Shown: positions 30,895 through 40,541 of the stretch, in pieces
How positions within the stretch are numbered: the first letter of the stretch is position 1
Layout: each line of letters starts with the position of its first letter
Assembly (NCBI GenBank): GCA_043778225.1
Contig: JAYWGM010000052.1
Location: 22,955 to 86,954 of the forward strand
Source of the DNA: Deinococcales bacterium
GTDB lineage: Bacteria > Deinococcota > Deinococci > Deinococcales > JAAFIG01
Length of the DNA stretch: 64,000 nt
Reading direction: 5' to 3'
Position numbers and translations under genes: made by a program
The notes under the pieces: model-generated
Database searches by the model: none
Seen by the model: the letters and a program-made list of their open reading frames with translations, nothing else
What the model was told of the DNA's origin: nothing

Positions 30895-32133
30895 ATGGCT
30901 TTAATTGAAGGATTTCGGGTGCAAAATTACCGTGCATTACACGATGTCACCTTGGGTAAATTATCTAACTTGCAAAGTGCTTCGCCACTCAGTCCATTAA
31001 CCGTGGTGATTGGTCAAAATGGCGTAGGCAAGAGTACGCTATTTGATGCTTTCGGATTTGTTGCCGATTGCCTCAACATTGGGGTAGAAGCCGCTTGCGA
31101 TGCCAAACAACGCGGTGGGTTTGAGAATTTGCGTTCTCGAGGAACAATTGAATCAATGATTTTTGAAATTTATTACCGTGAAAGCCAAGGTGAACGCCCA
31201 ATCACTTACGAATTAAAAATAGGTTTAGATAAAACAAATCGTCCTTATGTTGAATCAGAAATTCTTAAACAACGTCGTAAAGGTGTTGCTAAAGGGCAAC
31301 CATTCCCATTTCTTCAATTACGTCGTGGAAGGGGTCTTGTTTGGGCTGGTTTTGACGCAGTTGAAGACGATACAACTGAAGATGCCACTAAAGAAGTTAT
31401 TCAACTCACAGATACTCGGCAATTGGGGATTGCAACCCTTGGTACACTCAAGGAACACCCTCGAATCAAAAAATTTCGTGATTTTCTGCGCGACTGGTAC
31501 TTATCGTATATGTACCCAGATGCAATGCGTGGCATTCCAGTTGCAGGTCCTCAAAAACACTTAAATGTGCATGGCGATAATGTGGGTAACGTGGTTCAAT
31601 TTATGGAACGCGAATACAAGGAGCGTTTCAATTTGATTCTGCAACGCATTGCCACAAAAATTCCTGGTATTCAAAGCATAAATACCCATGTCACAGAAGA
31701 CCGACGGGTACTACTGCGGTTTAATGATGCTGCTTTTCAAGACCCGTTCTTTGCAGGGCAGATGTCTGACGGGACGCTGAAAATATTCGCGTATTTACTA
31801 ATGCTTGAAGACCCAGACCCACCACCTTTTATCGGTATTGAAGAACCCGAAAATGGTCTGTATCATAAACTCCTCGAGACTCTGGCTACCGAATTTCGCG
31901 CTCATGCCACAGGTAAGAAAAATGCGCCTCAAATTTTTGTGACCACCCACCAACCTTACCTTGTGGATGCCCTTTCGCCAGAAGAAGTCTGGATTCTCGA
32001 GAAAGGTGCAGATGGTTTTTCTAAAGCGAGGCGCGTATCAGAATTAGCCGTGGTTAAGAACTTGGTTGCCGAAGGGCTGCCACTTGGGGCGCTTTGGTAC
32101 AGCGATTATTTTGAGGCTAAAAATGCACATTGA
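30895..32133 (+). CDS. ABC-type AAA ATPase (AAA_21/AAA_15-like)
   Basis: IGQNGVGKST, MSDGTLK, IEEPENGLY, VTTHQP. Confidence 0.88.
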   Translation: MALIEGFRVQNYRALHDVTLGKLSNLQSASPLSPLTVVIGQNGVGKSTLFDAFGFVADCLNIGVEAACDAKQRGGFENLRSRGTIESMIFEIYYRESQGERPITYELKIGLDKTNRPYVESEILKQRRKGVAKGQPFPFLQLRRGRGLVWAGFDAVEDDTTEDATKEVIQLTDTRQLGIATLGTLKEHPRIKKFRDFLRDWYLSYMYPDAMRGIPVAGPQKHLNVHGDNVGNVVQFMEREYKERFNLILQRIATKIPGIQSINTHVTEDRRVLLRFNDAAFQDPFFAGQMSDGTLKIFAYLLMLEDPDPPPFIGIEEPENGLYHKLLETLATEFRAHATGKKNAPQIFVTTHQPYLVDALSPEEVWILEKGADGFSKARRVSELAVVKNLVAEGLPLGALWYSDYFEAKNAH

Positions 32134-32767
32134 ATTTTTGGTTGAAGACCAATCAGGCAAAGTGCTGCTTGAGAAGTTAATTCCAAGAATTCTTGGTGAA
32201 CAAAGTCAGCCTCATACATGGAATTTGCATTCTTACAAAGGTATTGGGCGTATTCCACAAAACTTAAATCACCAAGCAGACCCATCAAAACGAATTTTGC
32301 TTGACCGATTACCACAAATTCTAAAAGGTTATGGGCAAACACCTGGTTATGATGCTGTTGTGATAGTTCTTGATTCAGACCGTCGAAATTGCCAAGAGTT
32401 TTTACAAGAATTAAAAGACCTTTTACAAAATGTACAACCCGCACCGCAAACCCTGTTTCGATTAGCCATTGAAGAAATGGAGGCATGGTATTTTGGTGAC
32501 CGAGCAGCCCTATTAAAAGCCTATCCAAGAGCCAAAAAGAACATTCTGGATAGATACATACAAGACAGTGTTTGTGGCACATGGGAATTACTCGCCGATG
32601 CTATTCATACAGGTGGTTCAGCGGCTTTACCTAATTTTGCTTTGGCAGGAAAAGCCAAAAGTGAATGGGCTGAACGCATTGGTGAGCAAATGTTACCTGA
32701 AGATAACCAATCACCAAGTTTTGTAAAGTTTCGGGATGGGGTAAAGCGCTTATTAACTACAACTTGA
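32123..32767 (+). CDS. DUF4276-like (TOPRIM-like) partner protein
   Basis: MHIEFLVED, VLDSD, EEMEAWYFGD, NQSPSF; overlaps ATPase stop. Confidence 0.75.
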   Translation: MHIEFLVEDQSGKVLLEKLIPRILGEQSQPHTWNLHSYKGIGRIPQNLNHQADPSKRILLDRLPQILKGYGQTPGYDAVVIVLDSDRRNCQEFLQELKDLLQNVQPAPQTLFRLAIEEMEAWYFGDRAALLKAYPRAKKNILDRYIQDSVCGTWELLADAIHTGGSAALPNFALAGKAKSEWAERIGEQMLPEDNQSPSFVKFRDGVKRLLTTT

Positions 32768-32854
32768 ACTACACAGGGATAATCGTAGAGATACACTCTA
32801 GTTCATATATTTATTTTCATCAGACACTCATGCCATTCCTCGAGACTTGCACCC

Positions 32855-33880
32855 ATGTCAAAGATTCGTTTACTTGTGCTGTGCGGCGGTCAATCCGAAG
32901 AACACGAGGTCAGTTTATCCAGTGCCAAAAGTGTACTCGAGGCACTACCCAAAGACCGTTTTGAAGTCACGCCAGTGGTCATTACAAGGCAGGGCAAATG
33001 GTTGCCACCTTCCGAAACGCCACAAGCCCTTGAACGAGGCAGTGCCTCGAGCGGCGGTGAGATGGTCTTAGCCCAAGCCTCGAGCGCTGCAGAATTTGAT
33101 GCGGTTTTTCCACTGCTGCACGGACCAATGGGCGAAGATGGCACAATTCAAGGTCTGTTGCGTCTGGCTAACATTCCTTTTGTTGGCTCGAGCGTCATGT
33201 CCAGCGCGGTCTGTATGGATAAAATCATGATGAAGGATGTGCTGGCAAATTATCACATCCCCCAAGTCGCATACCTTGCTGTGAGTAAAAACGAATTCTC
33301 GAGCCACCCCGAAAAAGTGCTGGCACACCTCGAGCCACTGGGCTTTCCAGTCTTTGTCAAACCCGCTAACCTAGGCTCGAGCGTTGGCATTTCTAAAGCC
33401 AAAAATACCGATGAATTACTGGTGGCATTGCGTTTTGCTTTTGGTTTTGACCGCCGTGTGATTGTTGAAGCCAGCACCAATGGCAAACCCCGTGAACTCG
33501 AGGTGGCAATTTTGGGCAACGACGACCCTCAAGCCAGTCCAGTTGGCGAACTGACTTTTGATTCCGAATTTTACGACTACGAAACCAAATACACGGCTGG
33601 TCGTGCCGAAATGCACATTCCCGCCAATGTTCCACCCAAAATATCGGCTCGAGTTCAAGCATTGGCGCTCGAGGCGTACAAAATTTTGGACTGCGCTGGA
33701 CTGGCACGAATTGACTTTTTTTATCTTCCAGCCTCGGGAGAGTTATTTTTGAACGAACTGAACACCATTCCAGGATTCACCAAAACCAGTATGTATCCAA
33801 AACTCTGGGAGGCTGGCGGAATCAGCTATGGTGAATTGGTCTCGAGACTGGTTGAACTGGCGCTTGAGCAAAGGCAGTAG
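32855..33880 (+). CDS. ddl: D-alanine--D-alanine ligase
   Basis: [38 protein letters not shown]. Confidence 0.96.
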   Translation: MSKIRLLVLCGGQSEEHEVSLSSAKSVLEALPKDRFEVTPVVITRQGKWLPPSETPQALERGSASSGGEMVLAQASSAAEFDAVFPLLHGPMGEDGTIQGLLRLANIPFVGSSVMSSAVCMDKIMMKDVLANYHIPQVAYLAVSKNEFSSHPEKVLAHLEPLGFPVFVKPANLGSSVGISKAKNTDELLVALRFAFGFDRRVIVEASTNGKPRELEVAILGNDDPQASPVGELTFDSEFYDYETKYTAGRAEMHIPANVPPKISARVQALALEAYKILDCAGLARIDFFYLPASGELFLNELNTIPGFTKTSMYPKLWEAGGISYGELVSRLVELALEQRQ

Positions 33881-33884
33881 AACA

Positions 33885-33953
33885 CGATTTCACAGCACTT
33901 GCAGATGCGATTTCACAGCACTTGCAGATGCGATTTCACAGCACCTCGAGATG
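33885..33953. repeat. 23-bp tandem triplication of the GNAT gene 3' end
   Basis: CGATTTCACAGCACTTGCAGATG x2 followed by CGATTTCACAGCACCTCGAGATG. Confidence 0.9.
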
Positions 33954-34388
33954 AAAACGCTTGCCCAATTCGGTGAACCCAAAACCCTCGAGAACCGCTT
34001 TATCCACGGTACTTTCGAGGGTTAAAACCAAGTCTATACTCGAGCAACCCATGCCCTGACACGCGCCAAGGGCTTGTTCTAAAAGCGCACTGGCAACACT
34101 CGAGTCTGCCACACTTGGGCGTACCACCACACGGTCTATTAAGCCACTTGGGCTTTGGTCGAGTAAGCCCCAACGGACATGAAGCGAAGCAAATCCGAGC
34201 AAACTTTGGTTAGGCGCAACCGCCACCAAAAAAGTTGCTCCGGGGGTTTGCAATAAGCGCAGCACATTGGTGTTGAGGGCTGCCAAGACTCCTTCATCAA
34301 GCCGAGGGCGTTTCAGCAGTTCGGCTAAAATCGGGGCTAAACCAGCCGCATCTGAAGGTGTACCAACTCGGACAGTGTATTCACGCAT
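33936..34388 (-). CDS. GNAT-fold protein
   Basis: MREYTVR...IDRVVVRPS...ALLEQAL...FGF; start 34388 with TACCGT 6 nt upstream. Confidence 0.75.
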   Translation of the reverse strand: MREYTVRVGTPSDAAGLAPILAELLKRPRLDEGVLAALNTNVLRLLQTPGATFLVAVAPNQSLLGFASLHVRWGLLDQSPSGLIDRVVVRPSVADSSVASALLEQALGACQGMGCSSIDLVLTLESTVDKAVLEGFGFTELGKRFHLEVL

Positions 34389-34447
34389 AGGAATACGGTA
34401 CGACAGAAAAGAGGAAAGAAGAAAGGGGGAAAAATCTGGAAAAATTT

Positions 34448-35413
34448 CTAAACCACTTCTAATTTCTGGTGTGGCTCGAGTGGCAAAATCACTTCGATGC
34501 TGTTGCCAGACCGAACTTCGCCGCCAGCCAGCACAATGCACATGATGCCGGCTTTGCGAATCAGATTGCCGTCTGGGTCGGTCTCGAGAACTGCTTTCAA
34601 TAAACCTTCTTGTAAGCCATCAATTTGTAAACACGGGTTACGCAGCCCAGTCACTTCAAGTTCAACTGTGCCAATTTTGAGAATCGTGCCTTTGGGTAAC
34701 TCAAGCAATGCTAGACCTTGGGTGGTGATGTTTTCGCCCATTTGCCCAGCCACAAGATTAAACCCTTTGGCAGCCACTTCTTCAAATAATTCGGCATGAA
34801 GCAAATGCACTTGGCGTAAATTGGGCTGATTTGGGTCTCGAGCCACCCGCGAGCGGTGCTTGACGGTTATGCCTTGGTGCGCGTCGGCTTCTACGCCTAA
34901 ACCCTCCAGAATTCGGATGGATTCGACGACTTCTTTACTCATGGTGTGGGTGGCACTGCGGCTGACCGCCACCACACTGGCGGCGGCAAATGGCGTAGCA
35001 AAACCAAAAGCAGCTTGGCTGCTGCCATTGGCACGCAAGAAATCAAGTTTGGCTTGGGCTTCCTCGAGTGTTGGAATATGATTGTCTGGAATCCACCACA
35101 GCACTGTGCCAGTTTGCTCGAGTGGGGTAAACCATTCTTTGCGGCGTTTGAGATAATGGGTATGCCCACTGTTAAAAACATAGTGGCGTAGGCTCTCGAG
35201 GTTGTTCCAAACGCTCATGTTGACCAGAATTGTCGGGTCGTCGTACATCCGAAAATTGGTGGCGGTATTGTGTTCGTCTTTTAAGATCCAAACAAATCCA
35301 GGGCTGCTTTCGGCAAGTAAATTGATGGCACTCAAAGCCAGCACAAAATCCTGCATTTCTAAAGACTCGAGCGGATAGGCTATTCGGGCAAGGTTTAATT
35401 GGGCAAGTTTCAT
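34448..35413 (-). CDS. DUF3291-MOSC domain fusion protein
   Basis: N-terminal LAQLNLAR...SPGFVW...NMSVW...VLWW (DUF3291); C-terminal DAH, RQVHL, GENIT, LRNPC (MOSC). Confidence 0.8.
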   Translation of the reverse strand: MKLAQLNLARIAYPLESLEMQDFVLALSAINLLAESSPGFVWILKDEHNTATNFRMYDDPTILVNMSVWNNLESLRHYVFNSGHTHYLKRRKEWFTPLEQTGTVLWWIPDNHIPTLEEAQAKLDFLRANGSSQAAFGFATPFAAASVVAVSRSATHTMSKEVVESIRILEGLGVEADAHQGITVKHRSRVARDPNQPNLRQVHLLHAELFEEVAAKGFNLVAGQMGENITTQGLALLELPKGTILKIGTVELEVTGLRNPCLQIDGLQEGLLKAVLETDPDGNLIRKAGIMCIVLAGGEVRSGNSIEVILPLEPHQKLEVV

Positions 35414-35496
35414 GTGGTTATTTTAGCACTGCTCTCGAGCCACCCTCCGACTTTGGTATGGCAACCAAATGACATCTGACCTCGTATACTGATTTT

Positions 35497-36135
35497 ATGA
35501 AACGATACTTGTTGGCAATTTTAGCCTTCGCCTTGGTGGGTTGCAATTTACCAGACCCACAAGAAGCCGCCCGCCTAAAAACCGAAAACGAAACTTTGCA
35601 AGCCCAAGTCAGCAGCCTGACTTCACAGCGCGATGCAGCCGTCCTCGAACGCAATGACCTGCGGCAGCGCTTAGAGCAGATTAAAGCCGCCCTCGAGAAT
35701 TTACCAACCAGCACCTCGAGCAGCGCTTTGGTTGCTCCTGTTGTGCCGCCAGTACCAGAAACACCTGTTGTGCCGCCAGTACCAGAAACACCTGTTGTGC
35801 CAGAGACACCACCCGCCACAACTCCAGAAACGCCAGCCATGCCAGAAGCTCCAGCAGCCCCAGCCACCCCAGACTCGAGCAGCACGCCGCTTATTCCAAG
35901 CAGCGCTCTCGAGAAACTGCAAGCCTATGCCAACGAAGTCCTGACCGCCGCCCAGAACTTTAAGGCGCAAACCAAGCAAGAAGCGCCGACCAATTGCAAA
36001 GATGGGTATGCCGCAGGGGCATATAACGTTCAAGACAGCTTGGACTTAAAAGAATGCAGTATTTTGGCAGAATCTAACGGCGATTATCGGGTCACGGCTC
36101 GAGATGCGAGTGGCAACAGCGTCAGCGTTCCATAA
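35497..36135 (+). CDS. Lipoprotein with coiled coil, Pro-rich linker and pilin-head-like C-terminus
   Basis: Lipobox LVGC; PVVPPVPET repeats; QAYANEVLTAAQNF...C...C. Confidence 0.65.
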   Translation: MKRYLLAILAFALVGCNLPDPQEAARLKTENETLQAQVSSLTSQRDAAVLERNDLRQRLEQIKAALENLPTSTSSSALVAPVVPPVPETPVVPPVPETPVVPETPPATTPETPAMPEAPAAPATPDSSSTPLIPSSALEKLQAYANEVLTAAQNFKAQTKQEAPTNCKDGYAAGAYNVQDSLDLKECSILAESNGDYRVTARDASGNSVSVP

Positions 36136-36193
36136 CCTGTTGTCCCTACAGTAGTACCAACTTCTCATCTCGAGAATTTCGTATGCTCTGGGC

Positions 36194-36742
36194 ATGACCA
36201 AGCCAAGTCCGATTGAACTTTTCAAAGCCTTCTGGTTGATTGGTTCAACCAACTTCGGTGGCGGTGGCAGTGCCATCGTCCAGTACCACATGGTCGAACG
36301 CCTCAAATGGCTGACACTCGATGATTATCTCGAGTGTTACAGCATGGTGCAGACTTTGCCGGGTCCGGTTTTTTCAAACCTCTGCACCCACATCGGCACT
36401 CGTTTAGGAAGTTGGCAGGGCGGAATTCTTGCCACAGTTGGCGTGAATTTCTCGGGCATTGTGGCAATTATCGCAATTGCGGTTTTGTACTCGAGCCAGA
36501 CCGAACAACCCACATGGCTCAATGGGTTTTTGAAAGGTGTGGCGGTGTCGGCGGTGGCGATTTCCTTCTTGGCGGTCATCAGAATCGCCCCAAGTGCTTT
36601 TCGGACTCGCCCAAGTGTTGTCTTGGCAGTCGCCGCTTTTGTGGCTAACGCGCTTTTACACATCAATATCGTTTGGGTGCTGTTGGTGCTTGTGCCGCTC
36701 GGGATGCTGCTCGAGTGGAAGGAGGCAAACCGTGTTATTTGA
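36194..36742 (+). CDS. Chromate transporter (short-chain CHR, first half)
   Basis: FGGG, QTLPGP. Confidence 0.88.
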   Translation: MTKPSPIELFKAFWLIGSTNFGGGGSAIVQYHMVERLKWLTLDDYLECYSMVQTLPGPVFSNLCTHIGTRLGSWQGGILATVGVNFSGIVAIIAIAVLYSSQTEQPTWLNGFLKGVAVSAVAISFLAVIRIAPSAFRTRPSVVLAVAAFVANALLHINIVWVLLVLVPLGMLLEWKEANRVI

Positions 36743-37253
36743 AGTGCTGCTGGAGTTTTTGCGCTTTGGAGTGCTTTCGATTGGTGGCGGGTTGGCGATG
36801 CTTTCGGAGATGAAACGGGTATTGGTGATTGAACGCCAATGGATAAGCGCACAGATTTTTGTGGATGGTTGGAGTTTAGGGCAATTTGTGCCGGGACCGA
36901 ATATGCTCGCCATGGCATTTTATGGCTACCGAATAGATGGCATTTTGGGTGCAGCCGCCGCTTGGTTTGGAATGTTTGTGCCGGGTGTGGCTTTAAGCAT
37001 GATTGCCGCCAAACTTTGGCAACGAATCCAGAATGCCCCACTTGCCAAAGCCTTCCGTGCCGCGATTTTGCCAATTGGCTTTGGTTTTGGGGTTGGTGGT
37101 GTCTACACCTTGGCTCGAGTTTCTTTGACCGATGTCTACGGAATTATTTTATTGTTAGGTCTGATTTTTTTACTCTACAGCCAGCGCCTCAATCCGATTC
37201 TGGCAGTTTTTTTGGGCGGCGTGGTCGGTGTGCTTTTCAAACTGCTACAATAA
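36732..37253 (+). CDS. Chromate transporter (short-chain CHR, second half)
   Basis: SIGGG, GQFVPGPN; GTG start with GGAGG RBS. Confidence 0.88.
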   Translation: MLFEVLLEFLRFGVLSIGGGLAMLSEMKRVLVIERQWISAQIFVDGWSLGQFVPGPNMLAMAFYGYRIDGILGAAAAWFGMFVPGVALSMIAAKLWQRIQNAPLAKAFRAAILPIGFGFGVGGVYTLARVSLTDVYGIILLLGLIFLLYSQRLNPILAVFLGGVVGVLFKLLQ

Positions 37254-37266
37254 AACGCAGAGGTGA

Positions 37267-37557
37267 ATGATGTTGACTTACAAAGCCATGTTCAAATTTC
37301 TCGAGTCCGAGGTTCATGCCGAGGTGTTGGATTTCCCGGGCGTGATTACTTGTGCTGCCTCGCTCGAGGAAGCACGTCGTTTATTGAGCAGTGCTTTGGT
37401 GGACATGGCAGAAATTGCTTGGCTGCATGGCGAAGCCTTGCCCATACCAAATCCTTTGCTGACAGATAATGAAGCTGATTTAGAAGAACCAATCCATTTA
37501 TTGCTGAAAGCGGCATCGGTGGTCAAACCAACTTTGGTAACGTATGAAACGGCGTGA
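37267..37557 (+). CDS. hicB: HicB-family antitoxin
   Basis: DFPGVITCAASLEEARR...GEALPIP. Confidence 0.8.
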   Translation: MMLTYKAMFKFLESEVHAEVLDFPGVITCAASLEEARRLLSSALVDMAEIAWLHGEALPIPNPLLTDNEADLEEPIHLLLKAASVVKPTLVTYETA

Positions 37558-37738
37558 TTTACTGGTGTATCTTTCTTCTTGTGGTTGTCAATTACTGCGC
37601 GAAGGCTCTGAACACTCGATTTGGTGGAATCCTATTTCCAAACAGCGCACAAGTATCCCACGTCACCGTGAAATAAACGACTTTACGGCTGTGAAAATCT
37701 GCCTACAGCTTGGGCTTGAACCACCCTACAAAAGTTAA
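37544..37738 (+). CDS. hicA: HicA-family toxin
   Basis: MKRRDL...LLREGSEHSIW...IPRHREI. Confidence 0.88.
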   Translation: MKRRDLLVYLSSCGCQLLREGSEHSIWWNPISKQRTSIPRHREINDFTAVKICLQLGLEPPYKS

Positions 37739-37790
37739 GTTTGGGCGGTTTAGTTTTCACTGCAAAAAAATAAAAGGTAGGCTATTAGAC

Positions 37791-38162
37791 ATGACGATCC
37801 AAACCCTACATATCACGGACCAAACTTTCGATGCTGCCCTCGAGCCTTTTGCGATGATTGGCGAGGAATTAAAACTTAAATCCGAGTTGTCTCGAGCCGC
37901 CAAAGCCGATGAACAACTCGACCGCTATGCTTTTACTGGGCTTGTCGAGGCGCTCAAAAGCCAAGAATTCGAGGAAGACCCTTTAGAAACCGTGCTTGAC
38001 CTCGAGATAACCCAACCTTTTGAATCCGAAGAAGCCGCTTGGGAAGCGATTAAAAGTTTTTATGCCGAGCGAGCTTGTACGCTGTTGCTGGTCGGTGAAA
38101 CCGAAGAATTTATTGTTGGCAATGAATTGCTGCAAACCTTAGGCTTGGGCGCATCCAAGTAG
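37791..38162 (+). CDS. Hypothetical acidic protein
   Basis: Clean ORF with TAGGCT 7 nt upstream of ATG. Confidence 0.6.
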   Translation: MTIQTLHITDQTFDAALEPFAMIGEELKLKSELSRAAKADEQLDRYAFTGLVEALKSQEFEEDPLETVLDLEITQPFESEEAAWEAIKSFYAERACTLLLVGETEEFIVGNELLQTLGLGASK

Positions 38163-38262
38163 GGATTCTTTTGCGTATATCTTTTGCGAAGGGGTGAAAC
38201 CCTCCCGCAAATCATCCCTTCACGTTTTGCCTCGAGAATCATGTCATTGTAGACTCAATGGC

Positions 38263-39492
38263 ATGATTCAACTCGAGGATGTTTTGGCGGCTCGTGAGCG
38301 GGTGCAGGGCAGCATCAATCAGACCCCGATGCTGCGCGATGATGGGTTATCTAAAACCCTCGATACGCCCGTTTTCTTCAAAGCCGAGTGCTTACAAAAA
38401 AGCGGCAGTTTTAAGGTGCGTGGTGCATTTAATAAAATTTCTTGCCTAACCGATAAGGAGCGGTCTTGCGGCGTAATTGCGCCGTCGGCAGGCAACCACG
38501 CCCAGGGTGTCGCCATGGCAGCCGCGCTGCATGGAGTCAAAGCCACAATTGTGATGCCGACCTTTGCGCCCTTGACCAAAATTCAAGCCACCCGCAATTA
38601 TGGCGCAAGCGTGATTCTGCAAGGAACTAGTTTTGACGATGCTGCGCAATATGCCCACGAATTAGCCCTCGAACACGGCTACACTTTTGTTCATGCGTTT
38701 AATGACCCATTGATTATGGCTGGACAAGGCACATTGGGCTTAGAAATTCTCGAGGCGCTGCCTAGCTTGGATATTTTACTTGTGCCAATTGGCGGTGGTG
38801 GCTTAATTGCTGGAATCGCCACCGCCATTAAAGCGCTACACCCCAAAACCAGAATCATTGGGGTTCAAGCCTCGGGTTGTTCGGCAGTGCTGCCAAGTCT
38901 GGCGGCGGGTTTGCCCGTGGCGGTGCTGGCTTCACAAACGATTGCTGATGGGATTGCGGTTAAGCGCCCCGGCGAACTGACCTTACCGATTATTCAAAAC
39001 CTCGTGGATAGTGTGCTTGAAGTCACCGATGACGAAATTGCCAGAGCCATTGCCCATGCGGTCTCGAGTTCACGGCTGGTGGTCGAAGGGGCTGGGGCGG
39101 CTGGTCTAGCGGCGTTATTATCTGGCAAAATCGAATTCTCGAGCGGTCAGAGCATCTGTGCGCTGTTGTGTGGTGGCAACATCGACGCGAATTTACTGGC
39201 ACGGGTTCTCGAGCAAGTGATGGTGCGTCAAGGGCGTTATGTGCTGTTTAAGTTGGCGGTGGTTGACCGCCCGGGGACATTGGCGCAAATTACCGACCGG
39301 GTTGCTGAGGCTGGGGCAAACATCATTGATATTTTTCATCGTCGGGCGTTGTGGCTTGCGCCGCTTGGTAAAGTTGGTGTGGAATTGGTCTTAGAAGTGC
39401 GCGACGCTCAACATGGGCAAGAAGTCCAGACTTACCTCGAGCAGCACGGTTATCATGTGGCTCGAGAAGTTCAAGGGGATTGGCTCGAGTGA
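38263..39492 (+). CDS. ilvA: Threonine ammonia-lyase (short form with ACT domain)
   Basis: KAECLQKSGSFKVRG, SAGNHAQG, PIGGGGL, DRPG. Confidence 0.9.
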   Translation: MIQLEDVLAARERVQGSINQTPMLRDDGLSKTLDTPVFFKAECLQKSGSFKVRGAFNKISCLTDKERSCGVIAPSAGNHAQGVAMAAALHGVKATIVMPTFAPLTKIQATRNYGASVILQGTSFDDAAQYAHELALEHGYTFVHAFNDPLIMAGQGTLGLEILEALPSLDILLVPIGGGGLIAGIATAIKALHPKTRIIGVQASGCSAVLPSLAAGLPVAVLASQTIADGIAVKRPGELTLPIIQNLVDSVLEVTDDEIARAIAHAVSSSRLVVEGAGAAGLAALLSGKIEFSSGQSICALLCGGNIDANLLARVLEQVMVRQGRYVLFKLAVVDRPGTLAQITDRVAEAGANIIDIFHRRALWLAPLGKVGVELVLEVRDAQHGQEVQTYLEQHGYHVAREVQGDWLE

Positions 39493-39923
39493 AGATTTTA
39501 TTTGTTTGTCATGGCAACATCTGTCGCAGTCCAATGGCGACCGGTATTTTACGACGAATGGTTTTGGAGCGCGGTTTAGACTGGCAAATTGATTCGGCGG
39601 GTATTTCGGCACACCACACGGGTGAGGATATGCACCCCAACACCCGCCGCATTCTCGAGCGCCACAGTGCTATGTTTAAGCATCAGGCTCGGCAGATTAA
39701 CGTCACAGATGCCGATTATGACCTCATTTTTGCTGCCACCAAGTACATTGCTCACCAATTGCGACAACGCTTTCCTCAAGCCAACATTCGCCCAATGCTC
39801 GAGCATATGGATGTGCCAGACCCATGGTATGGCACGTTTGCCGACTATGAAGCGGTCTACGCGCTGCTCGAGCCAGCCCTGCAAGAGTTGTTGCCTGTTT
39901 GGAGTCCATTGGGAACTTTTTAG
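39489..39923 (+). CDS. Low-molecular-weight protein tyrosine phosphatase
   Basis: FVCHGNICRS, DVPDPWYG. Confidence 0.92.
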   Translation: MKILFVCHGNICRSPMATGILRRMVLERGLDWQIDSAGISAHHTGEDMHPNTRRILERHSAMFKHQARQINVTDADYDLIFAATKYIAHQLRQRFPQANIRPMLEHMDVPDPWYGTFADYEAVYALLEPALQELLPVWSPLGTF

Positions 39924-39947
39924 CGCCATGGCGCGTAGAATAGAAGC

Positions 39948-40541
39948 GTGATGGACTCTTTGGTTGGGCGTTCCGAATCTTTTAGCCTCGAATTTGCTGC
40001 GCTCGAGGAGTTACGGCTTGGCGACCAAAATGCTTGGGAGGATTTAATCCGCACCCATCAAAACCGAATGCTGAATTATCTATTTCATCTCGAGGGCAAT
40101 TACGAAGATGCCTTAGATTTGTGCCAAGAAACGTTTTTTAGGGCTTGGAAAGGGATTGCCACATTTCGGGCGGGTGAGCCACTTTTGCCGTGGCTGTACA
40201 CCATTGCCCGCAATGTCCAAATCGAAAAACACCGCCGCAAAACCCACGGGCAGTTTTCGCTCGAACAAGCCTTTGAAGAAACTGGCTTTGAACCAACCGC
40301 CAACACCGCTTCGGCGGTCAAAAATGCCGAAGTCTCGCAGAATGCCGAACGGGTTCGGGCAGCCTTGCTCGATTTACCCGAGGAATACCGCAGCGCAGTG
40401 TTGTTGCGTTTTATGCAAGACCAAACGTATGAAGAAATTGCCCAAGTCCAAAATTGTGCCATTGGCACAGCCAAAAGTCGGGTTTTTCGTGGCAAAGAAA
40501 TGCTCGAGAAAGCCCTGACTGGGCGGGTGATGCTCGAATGA
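39948..40541 (+). CDS. ECF sigma factor
   Basis: DLCQETFFRAW, WLYTIARN, YEEIA...GTAKSRVFR. Confidence 0.92.
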   Translation: MMDSLVGRSESFSLEFAALEELRLGDQNAWEDLIRTHQNRMLNYLFHLEGNYEDALDLCQETFFRAWKGIATFRAGEPLLPWLYTIARNVQIEKHRRKTHGQFSLEQAFEETGFEPTANTASAVKNAEVSQNAERVRAALLDLPEEYRSAVLLRFMQDQTYEEIAQVQNCAIGTAKSRVFRGKEMLEKALTGRVMLE

